A DNA stretch of 61,688 bases, counting the filler, from Sphacelaria rigidula (taxonomy: Eukaryota), in the NCBI GenBank assembly GCA_964200075.2. It is 7 parts of 7 records of this genome, joined end to end, with 100 filler letters (N's around TTAATTAATTAA, not from the genome) between each part and the next. Parts side by side here need not be neighbours in the genome. Positions count along the whole stretch, not along the records: positions 26,482 to 35,208 come from CAXNAA020010262.1; positions 35,309 to 44,035 come from CAXNAA020010263.1; 5 more parts are not named here. One strand, written 5' to 3'. This document shows, piece by piece, positions 26,482 through 38,738 of this stretch. The notes under the pieces are model-generated. The model was not told the DNA's origin. It did no database searches and saw only the letters and a program-made list of their open reading frames with translations. The position numbers and the translations under genes are program-made. How positions within the stretch are numbered: the first letter of the stretch is position 1; every line of letters starts with the position of its first letter.

Positions 26482-26689
26482 CTGAGGTCGTAAGAGGATA
26501 GTTGACGAGGTGCGGCAGTGCTGATCCAATCCGCATACCAAAATGTGAGGTGCGTACCGTATGGGAAGATGGGTTGATCCCTCAAGACCACGGACTCGTC
26601 CCGAGGACTGAGAGAAATCAGAAGCGATGAGCAAAAGAAATAATACCGGATTGGACTTGTGGCCAGCGATATTAGCCACACGGAGGGAA

Positions 26690-27250
26690 CCACAACGTAC
26701 CTACAGTGCTGTAACGAAATAAACACACGATACATGGTTCATCACCCCTTCTATATTCTCTGTCAGGGAGGTATGCACCGTGTTTCACGGTAGGAGACAG
26801 CATACCCCCCCCCCCCCCCCCCCCCCCACCCCCGGCCCCCCCTCTCCCCCGCGATGCGTGGCCAATGGTCAACCGCCTATTAGTNNNNNNNNNNCATGGT
26901 TTCTCCCCCCTTCTTTATTCTCTTTCAGGCGGGGATGCACCTTTGTTCAGTGTAGGACACAGCAACCCCCCCCCCCCCCCCCCCTCTCCGCCCTCCGCAC
27001 CTCCCCCTCTCGATAAGTGGAACCCACAACGTGCTTGGAGTATCGTAACAGGACAGATTCATGGTTCATTGACCCTTGTACGTTTCCCGTTAGGGAGGTA
27101 TGCATAATGTTTCACGGTAGGAGACAGGATACCCCTCCCCCCCCGGCGCGTACAACCGCCGGTGCTCCGTCTCGAAAGGGATGCGTGGTCAATGGTCAAA
27201 CGACTATTAGTAAGGCAAGCGACAGATGAGTACGCCGCCACCTCCCCCCG
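26690..27250 (+). mobile_element. Stack of poly(C)-tailed retroelement 3' ends (three family-C, two family-A pieces)
   Basis: Family C ends ...aggagacagcatac+Cn at ~26805, ~26965 and ~27131. Family-A pieces at ~26851-26884 and 27160-27250. Confidence 0.75.
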
Positions 27251-27866
27251 CGCGCACCCAGCAGCTTTCCATTTCGATAGGAGCGCGACTAGTATCCAAG
27301 ATCATCTCTGGCTTGCAACAGCTTCCCGCGAGGGTAGGTAGAGTCGAGTAACGAGCGTTCGAAAAACGTGAAAAAAAACTACTGCTGTGCACCGTGTTTT
27401 CATCTGGCGATGATGCAACCCACGACAACCCGAGTAAAAAAATACTTGAAACCCCCCACAAGTACATCAAATCTCACTACTGTATTACGAGTAAGAGAAG
27501 TAATGCACGAGTGAGGCCGAAGGTTGGAGGTCCCACCATAGCGTTTTGGGGTCGCCAGTCCGGCACGACCGCACTGTACAGGGACCCTGCAATACTAAAT
27601 TATACTAGTACCGTGGAATTACTTGATATTAACACAGCGAGTAGAACTGCTGTCAAGTGATTTTGACTGCGCTGTGATGGGATCTCGCACTTTGCATGGA
27701 AACAATAGCCAAATCCCCCCACCCCCCCTCGACAGATGACAACACTTCCTGTCATCACCATTCTCGATAACATTTTTATTACGTCATGTTATGTCATGTT
27801 GTGTTATTTATCATCATTATCATCATTATTTTTATTTATTATAAACAAAAAACTAAAAAAGCTAAC

Positions 27867-28052
27867 CTCGGGAAACTCTTCTTGTAGGTTATTCTCCTCG
27901 ATTAACGCCATGGCTACACTGAACGCGTGGGCATCCGCAGCCGCTGGTATCAAAGCGCGGGCCAGAGCTCTTCGTGGCTCTCCTTCCGCCGCGGCCGACA
28001 CCGCGCGTCTCGCCGCATCCCACTGCCCCGCCAGCATGGCCGCCGCGATTAG
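27867..28052 (-). CDS. Single internal exon (62 aa), possibly EXD3/mut-7-like 3'-5' exonuclease N-terminal region
   Basis: Pyrimidine tract + CAG acceptor, GTTAGC donor, phase 0-0. LIAAAMLAGQWDAARR...ALIEENNLQEEFPE recalls the 'NNL.QEFP(D/E)' motif of plant mut-7-like proteins. The exon call is strong; the product call is tentative. Confidence 0.6.
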
Positions 28053-28352
28053 CTGTTTCGGGAAAGGAAGAAGCAGCAGGAGAGGGGGGGGCGGGGTGAG
28101 GTAGAGAGATAGTGCAAGTGTAATTTTTTAGGGGTCGCGTATCGGTACGACTTGATTAGATCATGATATATATATATATATCGAAATAAAATGAGTAGGT
28201 TGGATACTACGTTGCACAAATATCGTCACCGGTGAATAGCTGGTGAATGAGGTTACCTCCTCTACAAACGTTTTCTCGTCAAAGAATGCATGAAGATACT
28301 CGCCAGGAGGAGGGGAGGGGAGGAGAGGAAAGAGGAGTGGAGGGGAGGGGTG

Positions 28353-28698
28353 CACGCGCGGCCATTCGGCTACCCCCAAAATTCCTTCAGGTCGGTCGGC
28401 TTTTCGAGCCTTCAGAGGAATTTCACGCCTCCGGGGGGGTGCACGGCCCTCCAGAGGATTTTTTGGTTTTGTCCAGAGGGGTTAAACACCTCCGGAGGCT
28501 TGTATTTGCCTTTGGAGGGCCGGGCATCTCTCCGACGGCATTTTGCTACCTCCAAATTCATGCGGAGGGGTGCGCGGCCCTCCAGGTCGGTAGGGTCTCC
28601 TCCAGAGGGATTGAAGGCCTCCGGAGGCTTATTCTGCCTCTGGAGGGTCGCGAACCCCTCCGGAGGCATTTTGGGGGGTAGCCAAATGGCCGCGTGTG
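28353..28698. mobile_element. MITE with CAC...GTG termini and 2-bp TSD (CMC/EnSpm-like)
   Basis: TIR CAC(G/A)CGCGGCCATT(C/T)GGCTACCCCC; TG on both flanks; internal CTCCRGAG repeats. Confidence 0.75.
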
Positions 28699-30409
28699 TG
28701 ATGTCACAGAAGGAACATCTTCCACAAATTTCCGTCAGGCACTCTATAATATTCACACCCTGGACAATAAACAACACTGACTGTCAAATAGTGTTCTGCA
28801 TACAGTATGAATTTTGTGTTTATTGAAGTAGATAACATTTTCCGTTGGTACATGGCACAATTTTCGAGAGTGTAATTTATTGTGCAGAGTGTGATAATAC
28901 CACCTGCTCACAAATACAAATATCTGCCGCAAAACGTCAACGCCTGACTCGTAGTACTTTCTTAATTGCTACAATATTCCACACTTCCGAGTGCCGTAAC
29001 TATCCTCTCGGCTGTGCGTTTTCACGTCTTGAATATCTACCTGTAGAGTTGCAGCTTTTCCTGCTGCGGTAGTTTCGTGTTATGTATGTATGTATGTATC
29101 GGTAGAGGGCGCAGGCGATATATATCCCACGAATGTTATCGGTGATTTGCGCCCGCAGGACAGTGTTGCGCCAAAAGAAGAAAACAGTCAAATGTGTGCC
29201 GATTTTCGCGAACAAGAGTCATCGTATAAAATATCAGCTTAGAGGATGCCTAAAGTAGGTCTAATCCACACGAGCCAGGAGCTCCTTGGGAAGGACCTAC
29301 GGCCCAGCACGCGGCATATCTGAAAAGCTATGTCTGAGGCTGAATCGTCAGCGCAAGTTGCAGGCTGAAAACGTGATCATGTGCCGCGTTTGGTCGTGTG
29401 CATGGTGTTGCCTGATACGGGGTGCCTTGCGCGCCCCATGGTGCGCCGATAGTTGGCGGCCATGCTTCGCGTTCCCACCCATCACCACGCCTAGGGTGTA
29501 GTACGTGGACTGTGCAATCCGCCTGAGAAAAAAGCATCTCAATTGCTTTCAGCACAAATGAGAACGACATGATCGTTTGCATGCATGTCTGACGGCGCAG
29601 CTGGTGGATTTCAAATTTGAAAACTCTGTCTCGATCATAAAAAAGTGCAGTATAATTGTGATGCAATGTACTGTCCGTACTGTCTGTACTGCATTTGACA
29701 GTACCGTAATACTGCGTAACCGGATCTGATATGCGGCGTAACCAGGGCGTAACCGATTCTCGAGTTTATTTGGATACTTCCCTGCGGTAAACTCCCAATT
29801 TGCAGAGCAACTTTCGGTGCGGGTTTCTCGCCTGCGACTCCGCGTTCCCTCATGAAACTTTGCGCACGAGTTGGACACAACACAGGCAACATATACGCCA
29901 AGCGCCCGCACGATCGGGCCCCGCACAAAGTACTAAGATGGTCAAAAGTAATTTCGGGGAATGCCGTCGATGCGCCCTAAAAACGGTTGTCCCGCAGTCC
30001 AGACATCGTGCACTAGAGATGAATGCATATATGCACGCGCACGTTCACTAACTTCGACATCTTGAGCGGCTGGGCGGCCGATATTGTAGCAAACTGACAC
30101 CGGTGACCCTCTCTGGATCATGACCATCGGTAGTGTACTGATCGACATATTGTCTGCAGAGGTGCGTAGCTCATGACGCACGGCCTTACGCGCGCTGTAG
30201 ACGGTAAAAGGTGCTGTAACTTCGGTCATATGTTATGAGAACCACAGTCAACAGTTCCACATCACTATCTCTGGTGCTGCGCGTTGCAGCAGTGCGCACA
30301 AGGGGGAAAAGCGGTCAAATCCTGTTCCGAAACAAAAAAAAATCTTCTTTCGGCGCAACACTGGGAACCAGGTTAGGGGGGGTGTCATATCCCGATCATT
30401 CTTCGATTA

Positions 30410-30620
30410 CATTGATTGGTTGATTGATATGATTGATTGGCGCACATTAACTGACACCCAGGGATCCAGGCGTGGTCATACGATGGACGTATCCAAGATG
30501 AGGAACAGAACGGAAACGTCTGCCTACGAAGAAAAGTAAAACAAAAAATAAAAGAAACATAGAACAAACAATGAACAAACGAACAAAAACAGAAACAAAC
30601 TACATCGAAGACAAAACATT
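30410..30620 (-). mobile_element. Non-LTR/SINE 3' end with (AATC)n tail
   Basis: tgaccacg.ctggatccctggg..tcagtt.a.gtgcg.caatcaatc. Other copies at ~42390-42480, 43153-43230, 47282-47335, 51343-51430 and 51654-51935. Confidence 0.7.
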
Positions 30621-30621
30621 T

Positions 30622-31609
30622 CATACCCTGTACAACTGCAACAGCAGTTGTTTCTCAAACAACTAGCTGTTCAGAATCGGGTGCAACTCGTTGTTTCCAA
30701 ACAACTAACTGTTCAGAATCGTGCGCAACTAGTTGTTTCCAAACAACTACCAGGTAGTTGGTCGACAAATAACTGACTTTGCTTGACTACAGTTGGAAAA
30801 AATGAACACGCCATGTAGTACTGGTGTGAACTCGTATCTGTGCTGGACAGGGAGTAGGCCAGTAAGATCAGGCCGACCTGTTCCTGGATAAAGGAAAAGA
30901 CACGAGTATGCGGTGTGATGCAAAGCAAAGGCATACGTCATTCGGGGCGCGAGCATGACACGTTCAAGCTTTGGGCTCTACTGCTGTTTCATGTACGCAT
31001 CATGTCCAACCGGCTTGATCAACCACGGTTCCCCTCCGACATCGAAACACAAACACGTTCGCTGGCCATCTGCTGCTGGTGCTGGTGTAGGGGCGGCTGG
31101 TGGCACAGCTGCCATTTGGTGCGCTTGGTATCTCGTGTGTGTTTGTGTGTGAGTGCATGGGGTGCTCACATGTTCATGCGTCAGCTCGATCTCAGCTAAC
31201 GGTCTAATTGTACTTGTTACAGGCTGGGCCGCCCAAAATTGAACCTGTACGCGATGTTGACAATTATCCGGGCCACCAAACAACTACTTGTTGAGAATCG
31301 TGTGCAACCAGTTGCTTCCAAACAACTAACTTTTCAGCATTGTGCGCAAATCGTTGCTTCCAAACAACTACTGTTCCGAAATGGTGCGCAACTAGTTGTT
31401 TCCAGACAACTACTGTTCCAACATTGTGCCCAACTACTTGTTTCCAAACAACTACTCTTTCAGAATCGTGTGCAACTATTATAGTTGTTTCCAAACAACC
31501 AATCTCTCAGAATCGTGCACAACTAGTTGGTTGCAAACAGCTATCCAGTACTTGGTCGACAAACAACTAATTTAGCTAGTTGTTAGTTATAGCAGTTGTA
31601 CAGGGTGTG
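30622..31609. mobile_element. Non-autonomous DNA transposon with 8-bp TSD (hAT- or P-like) and subterminal ~39-bp tandem repeats
   Basis: TIR CA(T/C)ACCCTGTACAACTGC; AAACATTT at 30614-30621 and 31610-31617; repeats of caactagttgtttccaaacaactactgttcagaatcgtgtg. Confidence 0.88.
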
Positions 31610-32249
31610 AAACATTTGCAGTGTATTGCTCAACAATGACCCCCTATTTTGTACTTGACAGAGGCGGTGACAGTAAAAGTGTTGTCGATATCGGTGCTTA
31701 GCTACTGATGCCATGCTTGAGTATACCATGTATCATAGTAGTATATCGTATCGTAGTGCTTCGATTTGTCCAAAATATCAAATACCAGTACGAAACCTTA
31801 CATGTTTTCGAGTTGTAGAGGCCGGCAGAGGATATGTGAGGGAAAAAAAACCCGGCTACTGTCGAGGTGAAAAGCGATCAAGTGACATATGTAGCTTGGT
31901 GATGCTTTGCAAAGCAACCGAGCGGAGAACTGGGGGTGACGAGCACCACCGCTCGACCCTGAGGGCTGAGCGAAAAAACACTTCCTGGTTTCCCGTGTTT
32001 TACGGACTTGACGCTCACACAACGCAACGACAGCCATACACAGCAAAGTTAGATGTTGACGTCTAAAATCTGGATTCAAAATCATCGGGGTTTATTTTTT
32101 CGCAGATATGTGGTCGGTTGAAATTTCAAGAACCGATACGTAGATGTTAGAGAAAGCAGCAGGTCGTTCACCGTGCATGTTCCCCAATTTTGAGTCGTCG
32201 GAGCATAACGGGGTGAACACACACAACATATATACATGTATATATAGTC

Positions 32250-32694
32250 GAGCTCGGAAATGGTACCAGTTATAAGTGGCCATTACCATAACAATGGTGA
32301 TAATGGTAATGGTTACATGAAAATGTGGATAATGGTTTCAAACCATTATTTACCGTGACCGGCTTTATAAGCCGTTACCGGCTACGTATGCTACATGAAG
32401 CCCTTGAAATTGGCCCAAGTTTGACGTATTTTTAGCTCTAGTGAAGTTGATTCGCGTACAAATATGCCTCCGGCACGGCGCCTCCAGCGCCCCCCCCCCT
32501 CTGCCGGGGGGGGGGGGGGGGGGTTTTTGGCGCCGGGCGGCCCCGGTGGGAGACCGCAACCGTGATAACACGTTGTGAGGGCGCGGCTGCGCCGCTGGAT
32601 AACCGAAACCATTATACACCATTTTACTGGTGAATGAGTGCGCTACGCGTAACCACTCAACTGGTTAATGGTTAGACAATCCACTTCCGAGCTC
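32250..32694. mobile_element. MITE in a TA-rich site
   Basis: TIR core GAGCTCGGAA(A/G)TGG / CCACTTCCGAGCTC, flanked by (TA)n; repeated AATGGT/ACCATT motifs. Confidence 0.6.
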
Positions 32695-32761
32695 TAATAT
32701 ATATGTGTATGTATGCATATATGTAGCTGCTGATGTTTTCTCGGATGGAGGGGAGAACATG

Positions 32762-32890
32762 GAGGGGTGTACTCATGATCTTGCGTGTCGTAGTCGTAAG
32801 ATCATTGACCTCGTATCCCTATAAAGCCAGGACGGAGCACGCCGGGCTTTCGCCGGACTAGGCTCGAAATCAATCACCAAGCGCGAAGCG
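32762..32890 (-). mobile_element. Family-B C-tailed retroelement 3' end
   Basis: gagcct.gtccggcgaaa.cccggcgtgctccgtcc...gagtacacccc. Copies at 35135-35208, 41654-41810, 45712-45809 and 52811-52862. Confidence 0.8.
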
Positions 32891-33280
32891 CCGTGATATG
32901 TTCGGCGAGTCGCATGAAGGGTGAACTGCATCCTGCTAAGATTATCTATAATTATCTTGCATATGATTGACAGCCTACAACGAGTAACTTCATTTTCTCG
33001 TATCGCCACTTCCAGAGACAGCCACGGGTTGCACACTGCCTCATGGGCGTCTCACCATATAAACACTACGCAATACGATCATCTCCCTTGCACGGACATG
33101 AGATTCTCCCACCGCACACACTATGATCTAGCTCGATCACCATCATGGTTACCGCAAAAAAAAAAACGAAAGCTGAAAAAGAGCCGGTAATCTGGTTGCC
33201 TACTGTAGCTTACGCAGTGAGTGACGTGTTCGACAGCGTCATCGCCAACCAACACCAACCCCCCGAAAGGGGGTGTTCTT

Positions 33281-33366
33281 TTGTTGTTGAGAAAGCCAAT
33301 CACCACCGAGCTACTTAGTCAGCGCTGACGGAGTAGCTCAGTGGTTATTGGCTTTCTCAACAAAAG
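33281..33366. repeat. Head-to-head palindrome of tRNA-like heads
   Basis: About 42-bp arms centred on AGCGCT (33321-33326); the arm contains A-box TAGCTCAGTGG. A related B-box-bearing fragment lies at 33535-33592 (-). Confidence 0.8.
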
Positions 33367-34369
33367 CTAATGTCCGAAGTCCGTCTAGCTGTTAAGGCAC
33401 GAACTTGGATTCCACCCCAGTGTTGAAACCCCTGTAATCAACGCTGCTCACTTGCCCGGAATAATATCCATAGGAACTCCGCAAGGAGGGTTATCGGTAA
33501 TTTTCTGGCCGTGATCAAGTGGCCAAGAAAATTGTGTCACGGGTGAGAATCGAACTCCGGACTTCAGCTTTTGTTGATGAAGGCTTTCTCAACATTATTC
33601 ACCATAGTTGGTCCAAAAATACGTCTTTTTCGCCTGAAGGGAATAAAAAGCGGGCAAAAAAAAGAGACCGACAAAATCATGTCATTTCTTCTTCATCATG
33701 ACGATCGGGATTGATTCGGTCGCTGCGAATTTATGAAAAGGCCAGAACCTGAAACCGTACACTTCAAGGACCCCTGACGACCGGTTACCCCGTGAGTCGT
33801 TCGAAGCCAACCGCAGACATGATCTTGCTCTCCGCAGCAACTTGTGCCAGGTACTAATACCTCTCGAATCCCAGCAGCTTCGGGGCTTAAGAAGTGTTTC
33901 ACCGTGATTAATCTTCGCAAACCGAAACAAAAGACTTGCAAAAATCGATTTTTTATCCGCCGCACTCCGGTGGTCCAATAGTCTAACCGGAGCCATCAGG
34001 TAGGTAAGAAGGATGCGGGTTCAACTCTTCGGCAGGTGCATTCGGGTTTTTACGTTTCCAAGTAATAGAGTATTATACCACGCGTTGAAGCGTGAGGACG
34101 TGAGAAAGCAAAACAGAGTACAGTACAGTACAGTTGTTGTTGTTGTTGTTGTTGTACAGTATATTTTACGAGAGTCGACGAAGTGCGGGAGTGCTAATCC
34201 CTCGCCGACTGCGGACTTCTCTCGACAAAGGGGAGAGATTCAAAGAGTGCCACCCCTTCCCCCTCCCCTCGAAAAAAAATCGTAACATTTTTCTTCAGAT
34301 GCTCCGGCCGCTTCTTATGTGTGAGAAAAATCCTGCTGAAAACTACCTATTTGGCCCTTCACTGTCGTA

Positions 34370-34725
34370 GTGTGTGTGTGCTGTGTTGTCGTTCCATCTA
34401 TTCTGGATGCCAGTCTACACCTTTTGGTACTTGTGAGTGCATCAGCCGGGGTCACACAGGAGGAAGGCCGACACAGGATTTTTTTTTCGTTCTCCACCTT
34501 CCTTGTGCGGTGCTTGCTTCGTTTATTATCGCGAGAAGGGTTCAGCGGGCCCTTTCCTTCGTCGACCGTGAAGCCGAATTTTGCGTACCCACGACATGGT
34601 TGCTCTCCACTGTTGCCATGGTGGGAGAAAAAAACCTAGATCGTGTGACTGCAGCGAGATCCGAACCCACGACCCAACCGTCAGGAGGTTTTGAGGCTAC
34701 CAACTGAGCCACCGGGGCGACCGGC
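34370..34725 (-). mobile_element. tRNA-derived SINE with (CA)n tail
   Basis: A-box TGGCTCAGTTGG and B-box GGTTCGGATCT; homologous to 52031-52400. Confidence 0.85.
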
Positions 34726-34779
34726 GTATGACGCCTGAAAAAAAGGGCTAGGTGGAATGACTTGCTCTACTCCCTGAGT

Positions 34780-35208
34780 CGTCGCAAGGAAGAGGAATAG
34801 ATGGACAGAACTGCCCCTGTGGCAAGGGAATAGAGAGCAAAAGTCATATAGTGGCAGAATGTGAACTATACAAGTGGGGACGGGACGTGCTAGAGGGGGA
34901 AATGCGGGACGTGAACGAAGATAACATGCAATCGTTTGATGCATTAGACAGTAGGGAGAAAACGATGGCTGTGCTAGGAGATAGATGGTGGCCACAGACG
35001 GCGAAATAGGACGGGGATAATATATGTGGAAGGCTTTCGTGCAATGTATGGAAGAAACGTAGTGAGCGCCGGAATGTTGAAGGTGGCTCTATTAGGAGTA
35101 AGAACGGTGATTCGTCTCGAAAGGGATGCGTGGTCGCGCTTGGTGGTTGAGTGCGAGCCTGGTCCGGTGAAAACCCGGCGTGCTCCGTCCCGGCTTTGTA
35201 GGGATGCG
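34780..35208 (+). mobile_element. Family-A LINE 3' fragment running into a family-B tail
   Basis: Homologous to 3445-3800 up to gggatgcgtggtc (~35135), then switches to family-B sequence. Confidence 0.8.
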
Positions 35209-35308
35209 NNNNNNNNNNNNNNNNNNNNNNNNNNNNNNNNNNNNNNNNNNNNTTAATTAATTAANNNNNNNNNNNNNNNNNNNNNNNNNNNNNNNNNNNN
35301 NNNNNNNN
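35209..35308. other. Artificial contig linker
   Basis: 100-bp N run with TTAATTAATTAA. Confidence 0.98.
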
Positions 35309-35469
35309 ATGCATATGCAGGACACGTCATTCCCAACCAGCCTCGTTGGTCGTTCTGGAGGCCCAGTCCCAAAAGGGTTAATATATCTTGGCCAAACATC
35401 ACGACGACAGAAAACGCGGGTCGATATGCGCCTTTTGGTACCCCTGGTCACCGGGGCTGTGTTGCTTTT

Positions 35470-35542
35470 ACCCTGGACAATACAATATGTTCCAATATGA
35501 TACCAATACTTTGTATCGGAGTCAGCGCAATTATTGTCATTT

Positions 35543-35576
<34 letters not shown>

Positions 35577-36426
35577 TGTGTTGAAATGACCTCGGAGACG
35601 TTGAAGCAACAACATTATTCCTCGTGTCATAATTGTGAAGTAATGCGTGCCAATATATGTTGGATATGTATTTGCTCCAGGAACAAAACTTCCAATGTAT
35701 ATTGTGCATGCCGGCCGTGTATATATTGAAGTGGCAATATATATATATATTGAGTCGAAGCGATGCGTGAACTATTGTTACCATAATATATGTTGAATAC
35801 AAACTATTTAAAATTATTGTTTTTTCAATATATATTGCGCACGCTCATCGCATAGAGCTATCGTGCAGCCAACATATATTGAACATGATCGCGGAGGAAT
35901 GTATTAAGCGTTCTTGGCATGTGGTGATACATCTTTCAATGGCGCCCGCGAACATAGAACTGTCCTTTATACTGATTCCAATACACTTTCCAATCTAGAT
36001 GTTGAAAATCAATATATATATATATATATATTGCTACACCAATATGTATTGTGACCGTCCCCTCCCTCGTGTCATGTCCGCCCAATATAAATTGGACGCA
36101 TCGACGCAAGACATAGTGGGGCGGCAATATATATTGGCGCTTCGCGTGTTGAGTACAGTGAATCATCAATATGTATTGACCTCGTGTGGCAGCCAATCTA
36201 TTACTCGGCCAATATATATTGAGGTGGCGCGTGTCGTGATATATTGTTCGGTCGATATATATTGCATGTCGCGAGCCTTGACACATTGATGGCACAATAT
36301 ATATATATTGACCCTCTCTCGTGCCATCACATGGCTCGACCAATATATGTTGACCACCTGATGCGTCGACATAACGAGCGGGCAATATATATATGTATAT
36401 ATATTACATGTTGTATTGTCCAGGGT
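35470..36426. mobile_element. Non-autonomous TIR element filled with CAATAT(AT)nATTG palindromes
   Basis: TIR ACCCTGGACAATACAA / TTGTATTGTCCAGGGT; no clear TSD. Confidence 0.75.
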
Positions 36427-37350
36427 TTGAACTATTGCAAAGACAAAAAACACCCGCGAAGTACAGAAGTATATACCGGAAGTAGAATATTCGAATATTC
36501 ACTGATGAACTAATAAACACCTATTCTGCCTGATCGCGGGTCTGACAGACGCGTTCAAGTAAACATGACACACAAACTAGCATTATAAGTGAGAAGGTAA
36601 ACCCTTCGTGCATGAACCCCTCCCGGTCTGTCGTGTCCATCTGTTGAATCAGTATCGCGTTCGACTTGAAAAATGGTGCTCAGACCCACTATCAGACTCT
36701 GGGCTCACCCCACTAGGCTTAAAAATCGAAATCAAATCATCAAACCATCACACCGACAACACCCTGGCTCACGGGGCAAGAATGACTGAAGTACCTTCGC
36801 AGTCAAAGGGCTGAACGAGCTGAACAAATAACCACACTTTGACCCCCCCTCCCCCTTCCCCCCTCCGTCCACGACACAGACGTCTTCCGCGTGACAAAAT
36901 GATATCTTCTTGTTTTCAATAAAAAAAACGTACAGCATGGAAGTATGTTTTGACGTAATTTCAATTTATTTATTTTTGGAAGAAATCGATTTTGCAGGAA
37001 AGGCTATCGGTGTGGATGCAGCAAGATGCGGAGCTTGGGGAGGCTCACTGCTACTCTATAATCGAGAAGAGAATTTTGATAAATGAACAAAAACACACAC
37101 ATATTATTATATATAAATATTTTGCGCCAACACGCTACCCACGCTACCTCGGATCTCAAGTTAGCCCGATACCCGGAGCAACCTGGACACACGCTTCAGA
37201 ATATGAAACACCTTGCTGTTTTGTGCCATGTACGCACACATTTTGTACTTCATAACCGTCATCTTCCAAGTCCCTCTTCCGCTCACGTTTTCCCCGCCAA
37301 CTTCACATGCAACGACCCCCCCTTGCCCCAACTAACACAAAAATACTCAC

Positions 37351-38738
37351 CAGGCATGCAGTGCGTGCCAAGCCTCCTGGGGAACCAGAACAAAGTGATA
37401 ACCCCGAACCAGGCGAAGCCTGAGGCGCCGCCCAGACCCAATGACGGTTCCCGGGGCCTTTTCCTCGAAGACCAGGGCGGAATTGTCTATAGGGCCGGGG
37501 TATGGATGTCGCTCGGCAACCACCGCGGCGGCGACAGCATCAGCGGTGTCGGCAATGGCCACACCGGGGCCCGACGCTTGCAGTATATTCTTCTCTTGCT
37601 CAGTCGACTGTTCTTCTTCCCGCCCTTCGCTAGCTGTATCCGCAGATTCATCACAGTGGTCTTCGGCACCGCTTCCGCTACCGCTGTCGCCGCTCCCGTT
37701 GCTACCGCCGCTGTTATCGGCGCTTTCGGCACGATCGCCGCAAAGTTCGACTTGCTTCGCTTTGTCTCGCCTCGTTCCCTCGTCTTTTGCAACACCTACT
37801 GCACCGTCACCATCCACAATGTTCCGCGCCGCTGCTGCAGCTTGGTTCCTCCGTTCCCCACAACCATCACCATCACCACCGCCTTCTTCCGGCACCAGTG
37901 TCGGCGGCAAGGATGGCGATAGCTCCTCGTCCTTAGCGGCAACCACCGTCGTGCCGTCCTCAGTATCAGGTAGCAACATAGATGAACATGACGTGGACGA
38001 CGTGCTACCAAATTTTCCCGTGCCACCGAAGTTATCAACTCCCTTGGCGTCGGGGTACCCGCTACCAGGGCAAGGGGCCACGAAGAGATCACTATTAGCG
38101 GTCGATGTAGCACCGTCGCTGGTGGCCCCAGCAGCAGCAGCTGCAGTAGTAGCACCATCGGCGGTGGGAGTTGGGAGAGGGGTGTCATGACCATAATCAT
38201 TGTCTGCTATCGTCGGCGCTGCCACCGCCCCCGTCGCTGTATCTTCGAACGTTTCGCCGCCGTTTCTGAAGGCTGTCTCCTCAGTGATCGCGACTTGATC
38301 CCCTTCTATGTGCTCCGTCTCAGGGATGACCGCAGGGGTGCCACCGCCGCTATCAGAAGGCGCACCAGCAACGACACCCACATGGCTACCGCTGTCGCCG
38401 CCGCCACCACCACCATCTCCACCGCTACTGGTACGTTCAGGGTTATCCCCGTCGCCGTTCGTAGCACTATTTTCTTCCCCTTCTGTTCCTCCTCCGCTAC
38501 CCCCTGCACTTTCGCTCCCGATCGTTGATCCTATTTTCTGTCCATCATCACCACTGCGACTGCCATCTCCAACACCACAGTCTGAGTCATCATTTTCAAC
38601 GGGTGAGTCGCTGCCGACGGAGGGGAAAACTCCAGTTGTGGCCGCGGTTGCGACGGCATTCTTGTCGCAGCCTGTGTACCTCTGCCACCGAAGCCACCAT
38701 GTGCTGTCTAGCACCGCCCAGACATCACCTTCTTCCGG
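37351..38738 (-). CDS. Exon encoding a DUSP domain (ubiquitin-specific protease type) split by a long low-complexity insert
   Basis: EEGDVWAVLDSTWWLRWQRYTG ... PGPIDNSAL...LVRGYHFVLVPQEAWHALHAW; GTGAGT donor at 37350; AAG acceptor inferred at 38739-38740. Confidence 0.85.

Noticed and set aside
31255-31570. CRISPR-like array
   Set aside because: Contiguous ~39-bp tandem units without unique spacers, inside a TIR/TSD-bounded element, with no cas genes
34640-34725. Functional tRNA gene (also 52330-52400)
   Set aside because: No proper acceptor or anticodon stems; continues into a shared body and (CA)n tail, so it is a SINE
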